A stretch of DNA of 61,116 nt, filler included, from 5 parts of 5 records of this genome joined end to end with filler, not necessarily neighbours in it; one strand, 5' to 3'; shown: positions 1 through 10,119, counted from the first letter of the whole stretch. Numbers and translations: made by a program. The notes: generated by a model from the sequence alone, not told the origin.

Positions 1-423
1 ACGGGCTGGATGCACAACCGGGTGCGCATGATTGTGGCATCCTTTCTGGTGAAAGACCTGTTGTGGCACTGGCGGGACGGTGCCAGTTGGTTCTGGGATA
101 CGCTGGTGGACGCCGACCTCGCGAACAATTCTGCAAGTTGGCAGTGGGTGGCGGGCTGTGGCGCGGATGCGGCGCCGTATTTCCGTATCTTCAACCCGAT
201 TTTGCAGGGTGAGAAGTTTGACAAGCGTGGTGAGTATGTCCGCGAATTTGTACCCGAGCTTGCGGCACTCCCAGATGCGTATATCCACAAACCGTTTGAA
301 GCACCGCGTGAGGTACTGGAGGGAGCGGGCATTGCCCTCGGGCAAGATTATCCGCATCCTATTATCGACCGCAAAGCCTCCCGCGAACGAGCGCTGGCGG
401 CTCTGGCGCATACCAAGGTTTAA
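1..423 (+). CDS. phrB: Deoxyribodipyrimidine photolyase, C-terminal FAD-binding part (5'-truncated)
   Basis: TGWMHNRVRMIVASFL, LVDADLANNSASWQW and PYFRIFNP class I photolyase motifs. Confidence 0.93.
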   Translation, partial: TGWMHNRVRMIVASFLVKDLLWHWRDGASWFWDTLVDADLANNSASWQWVAGCGADAAPYFRIFNPILQGEKFDKRGEYVREFVPELAALPDAYIHKPFEAPREVLEGAGIALGQDYPHPIIDRKASRERALAALAHTKV

Positions 424-1553
424 CCGATTTTTCCAGTGTCCCTGAGGTGCTGGATATCTTCCGCACTATAGCCAGCGTTTTTGAGTAGTTCATCCGTGTC
501 TGCACCCTTGACGGCGGGGCCGTGGGTGACCTCAGGTTCCGTGCGGGAGAAACGCGGGGTGGGGGCAGGCTGGCGCACGCCGTCGACCTCAATAAAGCTC
601 TCCCGCGCCTGATTATGCGGGTGTTTATACGCCTCCCAGAACGGTAGTATGGGTGCAAAACAAGCGTCTGTACCGTCCAGCAGTTGCTGCCATTCCTCTA
701 GTGTTTTGCTTTTGAAAATTTCCGTCAGCTCAGCCTTGAGGGCAGGCCACTCGCCGGGGTTCAGGTGGTTCTGCATCCAGCGGCTATCAAGCCCGGTTTT
801 GTCTATAAATACCTGCATGAAATGCGGCTCAATCGCGCCGAAACTTACATAGTGGCCGTCGCTTGTCTCGAATGTGCCGTAGAAATGCGCTCCGCCATCC
901 AGCAGGTTCACGCCTCGCATGGGCGCCCAGCGGTGGTTGGCGAGCATAGAGTGGAAGATAGACATCAGTGCGGACGAGCCTTCGGCCATGCTGACATCAA
1001 TGGCTTGGCCTTTGCCGGACGTTTTCGCTTCCAGAATGCCGCAGACAAGCCCGAAGGAGAGCATCATGCCGCCGCCGCCATAGTCACCAACCAGATTGAG
1101 CGGGGCGACCGGCGGAGCATCTTTTGGCCCCATGGCATGTAGCGCACCGGAAAGGGCTATATAGTTGATGTCATGCCCGGCGGTTTTGGAGAGGGGGCCT
1201 GTTTGCCCCCAGCCTGTCATGCGGCCATAGACGATTTTGGGGTTGGCCTTAAGCACGTCATCCGGACCAAGGCCCAACTTCTCCATCACGCCAGGGCGGA
1301 ACCCTTCAAAAAGCGCATCGGCGCTTTCGCACAGTTTAAGGAAGGCGGAGCGGCCTTCTTTTGATTTCAGGTCGAGCGCGATGGAGCGTTTGCCGCGGCG
1401 GTTGATATCCACCTTCATTTCCATGGGGGACGCGGGGCCAGGTCGGTCGATTGCGATCAGCTCCGCGCCCATGTCAGCCAGCATCATGCCGGCAAACGGA
1501 CCGGGGCCAATGCCAACCAGTTCCAAAATGCGTATGCCTTTGAGTGGCCCCAT
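420..1553 (-). CDS. CaiB/BaiF CoA-transferase family III (alpha-methylacyl-CoA racemase-like)
   Basis: GIGPGPF, RGKRSIALDLK, EGFRPGVMEKLGLG, GHDINY, NLVGDYGGG motifs; start placed at MGPLKG (ORF extends to 1562). Confidence 0.9.
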   Translation of the reverse strand: MGPLKGIRILELVGIGPGPFAGMMLADMGAELIAIDRPGPASPMEMKVDINRRGKRSIALDLKSKEGRSAFLKLCESADALFEGFRPGVMEKLGLGPDDVLKANPKIVYGRMTGWGQTGPLSKTAGHDINYIALSGALHAMGPKDAPPVAPLNLVGDYGGGGMMLSFGLVCGILEAKTSGKGQAIDVSMAEGSSALMSIFHSMLANHRWAPMRGVNLLDGGAHFYGTFETSDGHYVSFGAIEPHFMQVFIDKTGLDSRWMQNHLNPGEWPALKAELTEIFKSKTLEEWQQLLDGTDACFAPILPFWEAYKHPHNQARESFIEVDGVRQPAPTPRFSRTEPEVTHGPAVKGADTDELLKNAGYSAEDIQHLRDTGKIG

Positions 1554-1656
1554 GATCTCCATCTCCCTGTAACGAACCTGTTTCCATCATTTAGGGCACA
1601 TGTGTTTGTTTTCTAGGAAGAACTGGTGAGGCAGTGCCTCACCAGATTGGAGCTTA

Positions 1657-2427
1657 TTATTTTGGAGCCATACGGGCGGCGGCATCCATGCGGATTGTTT
1701 CACCGTTCAGGTATGCGTTTTCAACGATATGGCCAGCAAGCTTGGCGTATTCTTGTGGCATACCGAGGCGTTTCGGGAAAACCACCTGGTTGGTCAGGCT
1801 TTCAACGGCAGCTTCAGGCAGACCATCAAAAAGCGGGGTGTGGATGAAGCCTGGCGCGATGGTCATCACGCGGATACCCTGGCGAGAAAATTCGCGCGCA
1901 GCAGGCAGGGTCAGGCCAACGATACCGCCCTTGGATGCCGAATAAGCCGCCTGACCAATCTGTCCTTCAAACGCCGCAACAGACGCAGTGTTGATGATTA
2001 CACCGCGTTCACCGTCTGCGTTTGCTTCGTTTGACTGCATGGCTTCGGCTGCTTGTGCCAGCACGTTGTAGCTGCCGATGAGGTTAATGCCCACTACCTT
2101 GCGGAAATGATCCATCGGAAAACGGTTGCCGTCCCGGTCGATAATTTTCTGGGGGTTTCCGATCCCGGCGCAGTTCACGGCAATATCCACGCTGCCATAT
2201 TTATCTTTGGCGATTTTGATGGCATTTGCGACAGCGGCTTCGTCTGTAACGTCTGTATTGACGTAGGTGACAGCGCTGCCGAGCTTGGCTTCAAGCTCGG
2301 CGCCCAGCTTGTCATTAAGGTCGAGAATGACAGCATTTGCGCCGTTCTTTACAAAATGCTCAACAGTTGCGCGGCCAAGGCCGGATGCGCCGCCGGTCAC
2401 GAGCGCGGTTTTGCCGGTAATATCCAT
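1657..2427 (-). CDS. SDR, 3-hydroxyacyl-CoA dehydrogenase type II (HSD17B10-like)
   Basis: TGGASGLG, NCAG, GQIGQAAYSASK; start at MDITGK with GGAG upstream. Confidence 0.9.
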   Translation of the reverse strand: MDITGKTALVTGGASGLGRATVEHFVKNGANAVILDLNDKLGAELEAKLGSAVTYVNTDVTDEAAVANAIKIAKDKYGSVDIAVNCAGIGNPQKIIDRDGNRFPMDHFRKVVGINLIGSYNVLAQAAEAMQSNEANADGERGVIINTASVAAFEGQIGQAAYSASKGGIVGLTLPAAREFSRQGIRVMTIAPGFIHTPLFDGLPEAAVESLTNQVVFPKRLGMPQEYAKLAGHIVENAYLNGETIRMDAAARMAPK

Positions 2428-2544
2428 TGGGGAAAGCTCCAAATATTTATGTTGCGGCGCAGCATATAGGTGGGCATAGCCTAAATCAAGCACGGAGCCG
2501 CCATTGCGGCGTTCGGGCTTTTGGCTCTGGAGCACGTCGCGCTT

Positions 2545-3069
2545 TCAAACGGTGATGGCAAAAATCTTGGTCGCAGTTTCCTGTCCCGGCAGTACATCAT
2601 CGCGGTCGTAATGCAACCCAAGTTTTTCGACGAGTCCGATGGAACGAACATTGGCTGGTGACACCAGCGCCTGAATATGTTTGTGCCCAAGCTTGCCCAT
2701 GGCGTGGTTGAGCGTTGCGCGCGCGGCCTCATAACCGTAACCCTTCGAGGTATAGTCAGGCAGGTAAGCAAAGCCGATATCGGGTTCTTCAAAATAGGGA
2801 CGTTTGAGGAGGCCGCAAAAGCCGATTGGCTGATTACTGTCCTTCAACTCCACGACCAACATCCCAACGCCGTGCGCGCGGTAACTGTTGATGAAATTTT
2901 CAGTGATGTAGCGGCGGGCATCTTCCAGCGTGCGTAGCTTTTTGTCTCCGATAAATTCAAGAAACGCCGAATCGTTATAAATGGAGAGCGTAAAGGCCGC
3001 GTCGTCCAGCGTTGCTTCCCTCAGGCGGAGGCGTTCCGTCTCCAGTGTCTCGAGTTTTTTATTGGTCAT
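2545..3069 (-). CDS. RimJ/RimL-type GNAT acetyltransferase
   Basis: LETERLRLR, DIGFAYLP, KGYGYEAA, N-x-x-S-x-x-L-x-EKLG. Confidence 0.88.
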   Translation of the reverse strand: MTNKKLETLETERLRLREATLDDAAFTLSIYNDSAFLEFIGDKKLRTLEDARRYITENFINSYRAHGVGMLVVELKDSNQPIGFCGLLKRPYFEEPDIGFAYLPDYTSKGYGYEAARATLNHAMGKLGHKHIQALVSPANVRSIGLVEKLGLHYDRDDVLPGQETATKIFAITV

Positions 3070-3138
3070 TCAGCATCCTTGGTGTCGTGCCGAAGCGGAC
3101 AGTGGCTTCAGCCTAACAATATGAAGGATTTATCATGA

Positions 3139-3180
3139 TGTGAAATGATAGTATTTCACAAATGCATGAATAAAATTCAC
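3139..3180. promoter_or_regulatory. Putative LysR-type binding boxes between divergent GNAT and LysR genes
   Basis: Inverted repeat TGTGAAAT-N6-ATTTCACA and two ATGA-N7-TCAC (T-N11-A) boxes. Confidence 0.45.
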
Positions 3181-3191
3181 GGATACATATC

Positions 3192-4067
3192 ATGGACAAA
3201 ATGCCACCCCTAAAAGCGATCCGAGCTTTTGAAGCCACGGCGCGGCACCTTAGTTTCAGCCGTGCGGCAGATGAGCTGTGTGTAACGCAAAGTGCCGTTA
3301 GCCATCAGGTGCGCGCCCTTGAGGATTTTCTGGGCAAAAAGCTGTTGGTGCGGAACGGTAAGCGAATATCGCTTACCGTTGAGGGCGACACCTTCCAATC
3401 TGTGGTGGGTGACTGCTTTAGCCGCATGGCGTCGGTCACTGATCACTTGATAGGCAAACAAAAGGTCAGCCTTCGCATCATGACGCAGACGTCAGTGGCG
3501 TCTGAATGGCTGGTTGCGCGCCTGCATGATTTCAATACCGCGTACCCTGATGTGATTACCCGGCTTGATACTTTTGTTATGGCGAACAGTTTTGATGCGA
3601 ACGACTATGACGTGCTGATCGGTGCCTGGCCTGCGCCCGAAGGGTTTGTCACAAGAAAGCTGAGGGACGGGCGCTGGTATCCGGTTTGTGCGCCAACGGT
3701 TTATGATCAGATTGACCCGCACGACCCGGCATCGCTACTCGATTGGCCACTTTATAGTACTGAGGAAGGCGCTGACTGGACACTGTGGATGCAACATCAA
3801 GGCCTTCGCCCGCCTGCAACGCTTGACATAAGGCACTATAACCTGGCGCTGATCTCTGCTCGCGCGGCCGTTGACGGGTTTGGTGTTGCCCTGAGTAATG
3901 ATCTTGTTGCAGATAGGTTGGTACGGGTGGGGGATTTAATACCGCTCAAGCAGTTCAGCTATTCACTGCCCTGGGGGCAATATTACGTGCACTATCGCAG
4001 CGACCGGCACAACCAGAACCAGACCGCGGCATTCACCGAATGGTTGGAAGCAGCCGCGCGTGCATAA
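3192..4067 (+). CDS. LysR-family regulator, GcvA-like
   Basis: PPLKAIRAFEATARHLSFSRAADELCVTQSAVSHQ HTH. Confidence 0.92.
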   Translation: MDKMPPLKAIRAFEATARHLSFSRAADELCVTQSAVSHQVRALEDFLGKKLLVRNGKRISLTVEGDTFQSVVGDCFSRMASVTDHLIGKQKVSLRIMTQTSVASEWLVARLHDFNTAYPDVITRLDTFVMANSFDANDYDVLIGAWPAPEGFVTRKLRDGRWYPVCAPTVYDQIDPHDPASLLDWPLYSTEEGADWTLWMQHQGLRPPATLDIRHYNLALISARAAVDGFGVALSNDLVADRLVRVGDLIPLKQFSYSLPWGQYYVHYRSDRHNQNQTAAFTEWLEAAARA

Positions 4068-4238
4068 GCATTTTAAAGGGCTGGACCTCGTGCGCCATCA
4101 TATTATTGTGATGCGACACGAAGGCGCATCATATTGGTTTGGGCTCGCCACGCCCCATATTCAAAAGCCAGAAAATGATTGAATTGATGTTACTAATGTT
4201 GCAAATGCAATATTATAAGTATTGAAGGAAAGCAGTCC

Positions 4239-5591
4239 ATGCAGTTTGATTACGACCTTTTTGTCATTGGTGCGGGGTCTGGCGGTGTGCGGGCCAGCCG
4301 CATTGCGGCAGGGTTTGGCGCGCGTGTCGCTGTGGCGGAAGAATTTCGTGTTGGCGGTACTTGCGTGATCCGCGGCTGTGTACCCAAAAAACTGCTCGTA
4401 TATGCGTCTCACTTTTCTGATGATTTTGAAATGGCCAGGGGGTTCGGTTGGAGCGTTGGTGATGTCAGCTTCGACTGGAAGACGCTGATCGCCCGCAAGG
4501 ACGCGGAGATAGACCGCTTAAACGGTCTCTATATCAAAACGCTGGACGGCGCAGGTGTCGAGATCATCAATGGTCGCGCCACTGTGACAGGCCCGAACAG
4601 CGTTGAGGTTGATGGCCGCGAGATTACGGCAAAGACGATTCTGGTTGCTGTCGGGGGTTGGCCGCAAATGCCAGACGTGCCGGGTATTGAGCATGCGATT
4701 TCGTCCAATGAAGCGCTGCACCTTGATGAGCAGCCCAAGCGCATTGTGATTGTGGGTGGGGGTTATATCGCCGTTGAGTTCGCGGGCATCTTCCGAGGCA
4801 TGGGCTCAGAGGTGATCCAGCTTTATCGCAGCGAGCAGATATTGCGCGGTTTTGATGATGATCTGCGTGACAGGTTGGCCACTGAGATGCGCGGCAAAGG
4901 TATTGATCTCCGCACCAATACGAACGTCACAAAAATAGAAAAATCTTCTACTGGAGTGGTGCTGACGCTGACCGACGGCTCAACCCTTGAGGCCGACGCC
5001 GTGATGTATGCCACCGGCCGTACGCCAAAAACTGAAGGCCTGGGCCTTGATGCTGCGGGGGTGGAGCTTGCTAAAGGGGGCGCCGTGAAGGTTGATGCCT
5101 ACGGCAAAACCAATGTGGGCAGCATCTATGCTGTAGGTGACGTGACAGACCGTGTGCAGTTAACGCCGGTTGCGATCAAGGAAGGCCACGCGTTTGCGCT
5201 CACCGTGTTTGGGGGAGCGCCCACGTCGCCAGCGCATGACGCCGTGCCGAGTGCGGTGTTTTCGCAGCCGCCGATTGGCACTGTTGGCCTCACGGAGGAG
5301 GAAGCAAAAGCCCAGTATGGTGAGGTGGAAGTCTATACGTCCGATTTCCGCCCCATGAAGCACACGCTGGGTGGCTCGGACGAGCGGGCTTTTACCAAAT
5401 TGATCGTTGACAAAACTACTGACAAAGTGGTTGGTGCGCACATGATTGGCGCTGACGCAGCAGAGATCATTCAGGGTGTTGGTATTGCCGTCAAGGCGGG
5501 GCTGACCAAAGCGCAGTTCGATACCACCGTTGCGGTGCATCCCTCAAGCGCAGAAGAATTTGTGCTGATGCGGACACCGCGCGCGAGTTAA
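4239..5591 (+). CDS. gor: Glutathione-disulfide reductase
   Basis: GAGSGG, GGTCVIRGCVPKK, GGGYIAVEFA, C-terminal HPSSAEE. Confidence 0.95.
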   Translation: MQFDYDLFVIGAGSGGVRASRIAAGFGARVAVAEEFRVGGTCVIRGCVPKKLLVYASHFSDDFEMARGFGWSVGDVSFDWKTLIARKDAEIDRLNGLYIKTLDGAGVEIINGRATVTGPNSVEVDGREITAKTILVAVGGWPQMPDVPGIEHAISSNEALHLDEQPKRIVIVGGGYIAVEFAGIFRGMGSEVIQLYRSEQILRGFDDDLRDRLATEMRGKGIDLRTNTNVTKIEKSSTGVVLTLTDGSTLEADAVMYATGRTPKTEGLGLDAAGVELAKGGAVKVDAYGKTNVGSIYAVGDVTDRVQLTPVAIKEGHAFALTVFGGAPTSPAHDAVPSAVFSQPPIGTVGLTEEEAKAQYGEVEVYTSDFRPMKHTLGGSDERAFTKLIVDKTTDKVVGAHMIGADAAEIIQGVGIAVKAGLTKAQFDTTVAVHPSSAEEFVLMRTPRAS

Positions 5592-5598
5592 ATGAGAG

Positions 5599-5632
5599 TT
5601 TTGAGAATATGAGTAGAATTATATTCTCAAAA
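5599..5632. repeat. Perfect 12-bp inverted repeat after gor (terminator or operator)
   Basis: TTTTGAGAATAT-N10-ATATTCTCAAAA. Confidence 0.6.
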
Positions 5633-5772
5633 TAGATGCGTTTCATGCGTATGATAGAAAAATTTCTTCGCGTTTTGGCTTGAAGATCGTTATTTGTATC
5701 GCACATGTGACAAAGAGCATTGACAGCGGGCGTGACTAGGAGTTGCCTGCGGACTTGAAGGAAAAGTAATCC

Positions 5773-7623
5773 ATGGCTTCTGACGTACAGGTTTTGGAAT
5801 CGGCGGTTGTCCGTTTTGCGGGCGATAGCGGCGACGGCATGCAGTTGACCGGCAGCCAATTCACAACCTCGACCGCGCTGTCGGGCAGCGACCTTGCCAC
5901 CTTCCCGGATTTCCCGGCTGAGATCAGGGCGCCTGCGGGCACCACCTTCGGTGTTTCTGCCTTCCAGATCAATTTTGGCGCCAAGTCGATCAAGACGGTA
6001 GGTGACAGGCCTGATGTTCTGGTGGCCATGAACCCGGCGGCCCTCAAAGTTAATATCGATACATTGCGCCCCGGTGGCTTGCTGGTGGTTGATACGGGCT
6101 CATTTACCAAACGGAACCTTCAGAAAGCTGGCTATGAAGTTGACCCTGTGGACACGCATGAGCTTGATGCTTACCAACTTATTGAACTTGATATCTCAAA
6201 GCTGACGCTTGAAGCGGTGAAAGAGTATGGCCTTGGTAACAAGGAAGCGCTGCGCTGTAAAAACATGTGGACACTTGGCATGATGCTCTGGATGTTCAGC
6301 CGCAAGCGTGAGCCTGTGATTGACTGGCTTGAGAAAAAATTTGCCAAGAAACCAGACATTGCCGCCTCTAACGTTGCAGCGCTTAATGCTGGTCATGCTT
6401 TTGGTGAGACGGCTGAACTTTCTGCGACCTTCAAACGTTATCAGATCGGCGCGACACACTCTGAGCCGGGTCTTTATAAAACGGTAACCGGCAGCCAGGC
6501 GCTTTCCTGGGGCGTTGCGGCAGGCGGTGAGCTTGCAGGCCTTCCTATCGTGCTTGGCTCATACCCCATCACGCCAGCGTCACCCATCCTGCACACACTT
6601 TCAAACATGAAAGAGCTGGGTGTAGTGACCTTCCAGGCGGAAGATGAGATTGCTGCAATTTGTGCGGCTATCGGCGCGGCATATGGTGGCGCGCTTGGTG
6701 TTACCAGCTCGTCTGGCCCGGGTATCGCGCTTAAGGGCGAAGCTCTTGGGCTTGCGATCTCAACCGAGCTACCAATTCTCGTGATCAACAGCCAGCGCGG
6801 AGGCCCTTCCACTGGCTTGCCGACAAAAACGGAACAGTCTGATCTTTATCAGGCGATTTATGGTCGTAACGGTGATGCGCCACTGCCGGTTATTTCGACC
6901 CGTAGTCCGGGCGACTGTTTTGAAGCCGCGATTGAGGCTTGCCGCCTGGCGGTTAAATATATGACGCCGGTGATGCTGCTGACCGACGGCTTTATCGCCA
7001 ATGCTGCGGAACCTTGGAAGCTGCCTGATCTGGACGCGATCGAGCCGTTTACCGTGAAGTTTGCGGAAGCGCCGGAAGAGGGGCTTGAGTTCAACCCGTT
7101 CAAGCGGGATGAAAAAACGCTAGCACGCCATTGGCCGAAGCCGGGCATCAGCGGGACCGAGCACCGTATTGGCGGCATTGAGAAAAGCTATAACACCGGC
7201 CATATTTCTTATGACCCTGAGAACCACCAGAAAATGACGGATACGCGCGCAGCCAAAATTAATGGCATCGCTAACGATATTCCGGCGCAGGATGTGGATC
7301 AGGGCGAGGAAAAGGGCACGCTTGCGGTTGTAGGCTGGGGGTCAACCTATGGCCCGATCTCGGAAGCTGTGAAAGCGGCGCGGGCCGATGGCCTTAAGGT
7401 TTCACACATTCATATCCGTTATCTTCATCCGTTTCCCGCTAATTTGGGTGACCTTCTGGCAGGATTTGATAAAATCATCGTGCCGGAGATGAATACAGGG
7501 CAGCTTAAAACCGTGCTTCGGGACAAGTTCCTGTTAGATGCCAAGCCGCTGAACAAAGTTTCGGGCCAGCCGTTCAAAATCCAGGAAATCCTGGATGCGA
7601 TCCGCGCTGAAGCCAGCAATTAG
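5773..7623 (+). CDS. 2-oxoacid:ferredoxin oxidoreductase alpha subunit (gamma-alpha fusion)
   Basis: FAGDSGDGMQLTG, YPITPAS, QAEDEIAA, QRGGPSTGLPTKTEQSDL. Confidence 0.93.
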   Translation: MASDVQVLESAVVRFAGDSGDGMQLTGSQFTTSTALSGSDLATFPDFPAEIRAPAGTTFGVSAFQINFGAKSIKTVGDRPDVLVAMNPAALKVNIDTLRPGGLLVVDTGSFTKRNLQKAGYEVDPVDTHELDAYQLIELDISKLTLEAVKEYGLGNKEALRCKNMWTLGMMLWMFSRKREPVIDWLEKKFAKKPDIAASNVAALNAGHAFGETAELSATFKRYQIGATHSEPGLYKTVTGSQALSWGVAAGGELAGLPIVLGSYPITPASPILHTLSNMKELGVVTFQAEDEIAAICAAIGAAYGGALGVTSSSGPGIALKGEALGLAISTELPILVINSQRGGPSTGLPTKTEQSDLYQAIYGRNGDAPLPVISTRSPGDCFEAAIEACRLAVKYMTPVMLLTDGFIANAAEPWKLPDLDAIEPFTVKFAEAPEEGLEFNPFKRDEKTLARHWPKPGISGTEHRIGGIEKSYNTGHISYDPENHQKMTDTRAAKINGIANDIPAQDVDQGEEKGTLAVVGWGSTYGPISEAVKAARADGLKVSHIHIRYLHPFPANLGDLLAGFDKIIVPEMNTGQLKTVLRDKFLLDAKPLNKVSGQPFKIQEILDAIRAEASN

Positions 7624-7635
7624 GGAGTAGGTGCC

Positions 7636-8676
7636 ATGAACGAATTGAGCGCCCCCAAAAAAGACCTGACGATTAAAGACTTCACGAGCGATCAGGAAGT
7701 GCGCTGGTGCCCCGGCTGTGGTGATTATGCCATTCTCAAATGCATGCAGCGTACGCTGCCGGAAATGGGCGTCACCCGCGAGAATACCGTGTTTGTATCT
7801 GGCATCGGCTGTTCCAGCCGCTTCCCTTACTACATGGATACATACGGCTTCCATACCATTCACGGGCGTGCGCCTGCGGTTGCGACGGGCCTCAAGCTCG
7901 CAAACCCGGAACTTGATGTTTGGGTGGTAACCGGTGACGGCGATGGTCTCTCGATCGGTGGTAACCACCTGATGCACGCGCTCCGCCGTGATGTGGATTT
8001 GAATATCCTGCTGTTCAACAACAAGATTTACGGTTTGACCAAGGGGCAATACTCCCCGACCTCGGACCTTGGCACACGGTCCCCTTCAACGCCGCAAGGT
8101 TCTGTTGACCCGGCGCTGAACCCGATCAGCTTTGCGCTGGGTTCAGGCGCGCATTTTGTGGCCCGCACGGTGGATACAGCCCAGAAGCATATGCCCGGCG
8201 TGTTCAAACGGGCGCATGCGTTCAAGGGCGCGTCCTTTGTTGAAATTCTGCAGAACTGTATCGTCTATAACGATTCTGCCTGGCAGGGTATCACAGAGAA
8301 GAGCGTGGCGGCTGACAAGCAACTGCTGCTCGAGCATGGCCAGAAGATGCTGTTTGGCGCTGAAGGCAACAAGGGCATCCGGTTTAACCCGCAGGCTTTT
8401 GCGCTTGAGGTTGTTGTTGTGGGTGAAAACGGTATCACCGAAGATGATATCTTGACCCATGACGAGACCAACCTGCAGCTCGCGCGCATGCTGGGTGAGC
8501 TTGGTGGCAACCCGAATGAGCCGATGGCGATGGGTGTGCTGTATGCGCGTCAGGCAGACCACAGCTACACCGACGCTGTGATTGGGCAAATGCAGGCCGT
8601 GAAAGGCAATACAACGCTCAAGAAGATGATGTATGGCGGCCAGACCTGGCAGGTAAGCGAGACGATCACCTCGTAA
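7636..8676 (+). CDS. 2-oxoacid:ferredoxin oxidoreductase beta subunit (TPP-binding)
   Basis: WCPGCGD, SGIGCSSR, GDGDG, NNKIYGLTKGQYSPT. Confidence 0.93.
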   Translation: MNELSAPKKDLTIKDFTSDQEVRWCPGCGDYAILKCMQRTLPEMGVTRENTVFVSGIGCSSRFPYYMDTYGFHTIHGRAPAVATGLKLANPELDVWVVTGDGDGLSIGGNHLMHALRRDVDLNILLFNNKIYGLTKGQYSPTSDLGTRSPSTPQGSVDPALNPISFALGSGAHFVARTVDTAQKHMPGVFKRAHAFKGASFVEILQNCIVYNDSAWQGITEKSVAADKQLLLEHGQKMLFGAEGNKGIRFNPQAFALEVVVVGENGITEDDILTHDETNLQLARMLGELGGNPNEPMAMGVLYARQADHSYTDAVIGQMQAVKGNTTLKKMMYGGQTWQVSETITS

Positions 8677-8701
8677 TTATCATCAGTTTTACCATTTAGT
8701 G

Positions 8702-8729
8702 AAAAGCCCGGCTGTTATGCCGGGCTTTT
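8702..8729. terminator. Bidirectional intrinsic terminator
   Basis: AAAAGCCCGGC-TGTTAT-GCCGGGCTTTT between convergent genes. Confidence 0.85.
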
Positions 8730-8752
8730 AGTTATGCTTGCTGTCAGCTCGG

Positions 8753-9199
8753 TTACATGCCGGCTGCTTCGATCTTCAGGTCGTTGGGGAAGGGGCGCCC
8801 CGTGCCGGTTTCCACCAGATCGCGCATACTGAGGACGAATGTCGCCCATTTAGTTGAGCAGTGATGGAAAAAGCCAGCTTCGTCGGCCCAACCGATATGG
8901 CGGAACATCAAACGATTTTGGCCGTCGTCGTCGATAATCTTGAACTCAAGTTGGGTGCCTACCCAGTCGTCCGGCCCTTCGGTTACTTCCCACAGGACAA
9001 AGCCGTCGTGGTTTTCTTTAACGACCATGTCGAACCCGCCGTTTTCCCCGAAACGAAAATTGATCGTGCCGCCTTTCGCGGGATCGCCGGTGGTTGTTTC
9101 GGTCCACCAGCCTTGAAGTCCCTCTAGGGTATCAAGAGCGGCCATTATTTTCGCTTTTGGTGCGTTGGTACTAAAAGTGTGACAGATATTCGCCATCAT
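8753..9199 (-). CDS. SRPBCC (AHSA1-like) domain protein
   Basis: LDTLEGLQGWWT, WVGTQLEF, FRHIGW, CSTKWATFVLS, ETGTGRPFP. Confidence 0.85.
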   Translation of the reverse strand: MMANICHTFSTNAPKAKIMAALDTLEGLQGWWTETTTGDPAKGGTINFRFGENGGFDMVVKENHDGFVLWEVTEGPDDWVGTQLEFKIIDDDGQNRLMFRHIGWADEAGFFHHCSTKWATFVLSMRDLVETGTGRPFPNDLKIEAAGM

Positions 9200-9339
9200 G
9201 TTTCTCCTTCTTGGCTATCTGTCATCCATTTTAGAAGCGGAATATATGATAGAAAGTGAATATGTGGAATGTCTTAATATTCATTATAATATTGAAATAT
9301 ATACATAAATTTAATTTGATTCTAAAATTGATACATTAT

Positions 9340-9359
9340 ATTTTCCATATATGGAAAAT
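9340..9359. promoter_or_regulatory. Perfect 20-bp palindrome over the ArsR start codon; likely autoregulatory operator
   Basis: ATTTTCCATATATGGAAAAT; TTGATT-N17-TATTTT lies just upstream of the ATG. Confidence 0.7.
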
Positions 9360-9680
9360 GAAGATCATCTCGATGCCGTGTTTATGGCCTTGGCTGACCA
9401 GCGCCGGAGGGCAATGCTCGCCGAGCTTGCCGCAGGTCCCCGCTCGATTGGGGATCTAGCTAAAATCGGCGGTTGGCGTATGAGTGCCGCATCAAAGAAT
9501 ATCGCTGTGCTTGAGACGGCAGGGTTGGTGCTCAAATCACGCCAGGGCCGTGAGGTCTATTGCCATATGAATTTTGACGCTTGGCGTGCGGTTGCCAGTT
9601 ATATTGCGCTCCACGCCAAGTTTTGGGCCGGACGGTTGGATGAGCTTGAGACTTATATAAAAGAAGCAGGGGGAGAGTGA
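9351..9680 (+). CDS. ArsR/SmtB-family regulator
   Basis: LDAVFMALADQRRRAML, SKNIAVLETAGLV, RQGRE, FWAGRLDELE. Confidence 0.9.
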   Translation: MENEDHLDAVFMALADQRRRAMLAELAAGPRSIGDLAKIGGWRMSAASKNIAVLETAGLVLKSRQGREVYCHMNFDAWRAVASYIALHAKFWAGRLDELETYIKEAGGE

Positions 9681-9681
9681 G

Positions 9682-10119
9682 ATGGAACCACTTGTAATCA
9701 AGCGTGTGATGCCGTGCAGCAAGCGCCAACTATTTGACGCGTGGGCGAAACCGTCTGTTATGGCGCGCTGGTTTTTTGCGAGTCAGACGCCGGTTAAAAA
9801 CAGCACCGTCCGGAACAGCTTTACGGTGGGCGGTGGCTATAGCTTGACCATGCACCTCAAAACCGGCGATTACACCATGAACGGTGAGTATAAGGAGATC
9901 AATCGCTACAACCGCATTATCTTCACCTGGAGCTCACATATCATCGAGCACAGCCTGGTACAGCTTGATTTCAGGGAGCTTTCTCCAAACCGGACAGAAA
10001 TGGTGCTAACCCAAACCCGCTTTCCATCTGACGAGGTGCGGGCAAGCCATGATCAGGGTTGGAGCGGTTGTCTTGACAGTCTTGAGCGTTTTGTCGCCGC
10101 TGAATACGGCGAAGCCTAG
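9682..10119 (+). CDS. SRPBCC (AHSA1-like) domain protein
   Basis: LFDAWAKP..MARWF, VGGGYSLTM, IIFTW, HDQGWSGCLDSL. Confidence 0.85.
   Translation: MEPLVIKRVMPCSKRQLFDAWAKPSVMARWFFASQTPVKNSTVRNSFTVGGGYSLTMHLKTGDYTMNGEYKEINRYNRIIFTWSSHIIEHSLVQLDFRELSPNRTEMVLTQTRFPSDEVRASHDQGWSGCLDSLERFVAAEYGEA

Noticed and set aside
9256-9459. 67-aa ORF across the AT-rich ArsR promoter
   Set aside because: It overlaps the promoter and the ArsR gene in another frame and has low-complexity composition.
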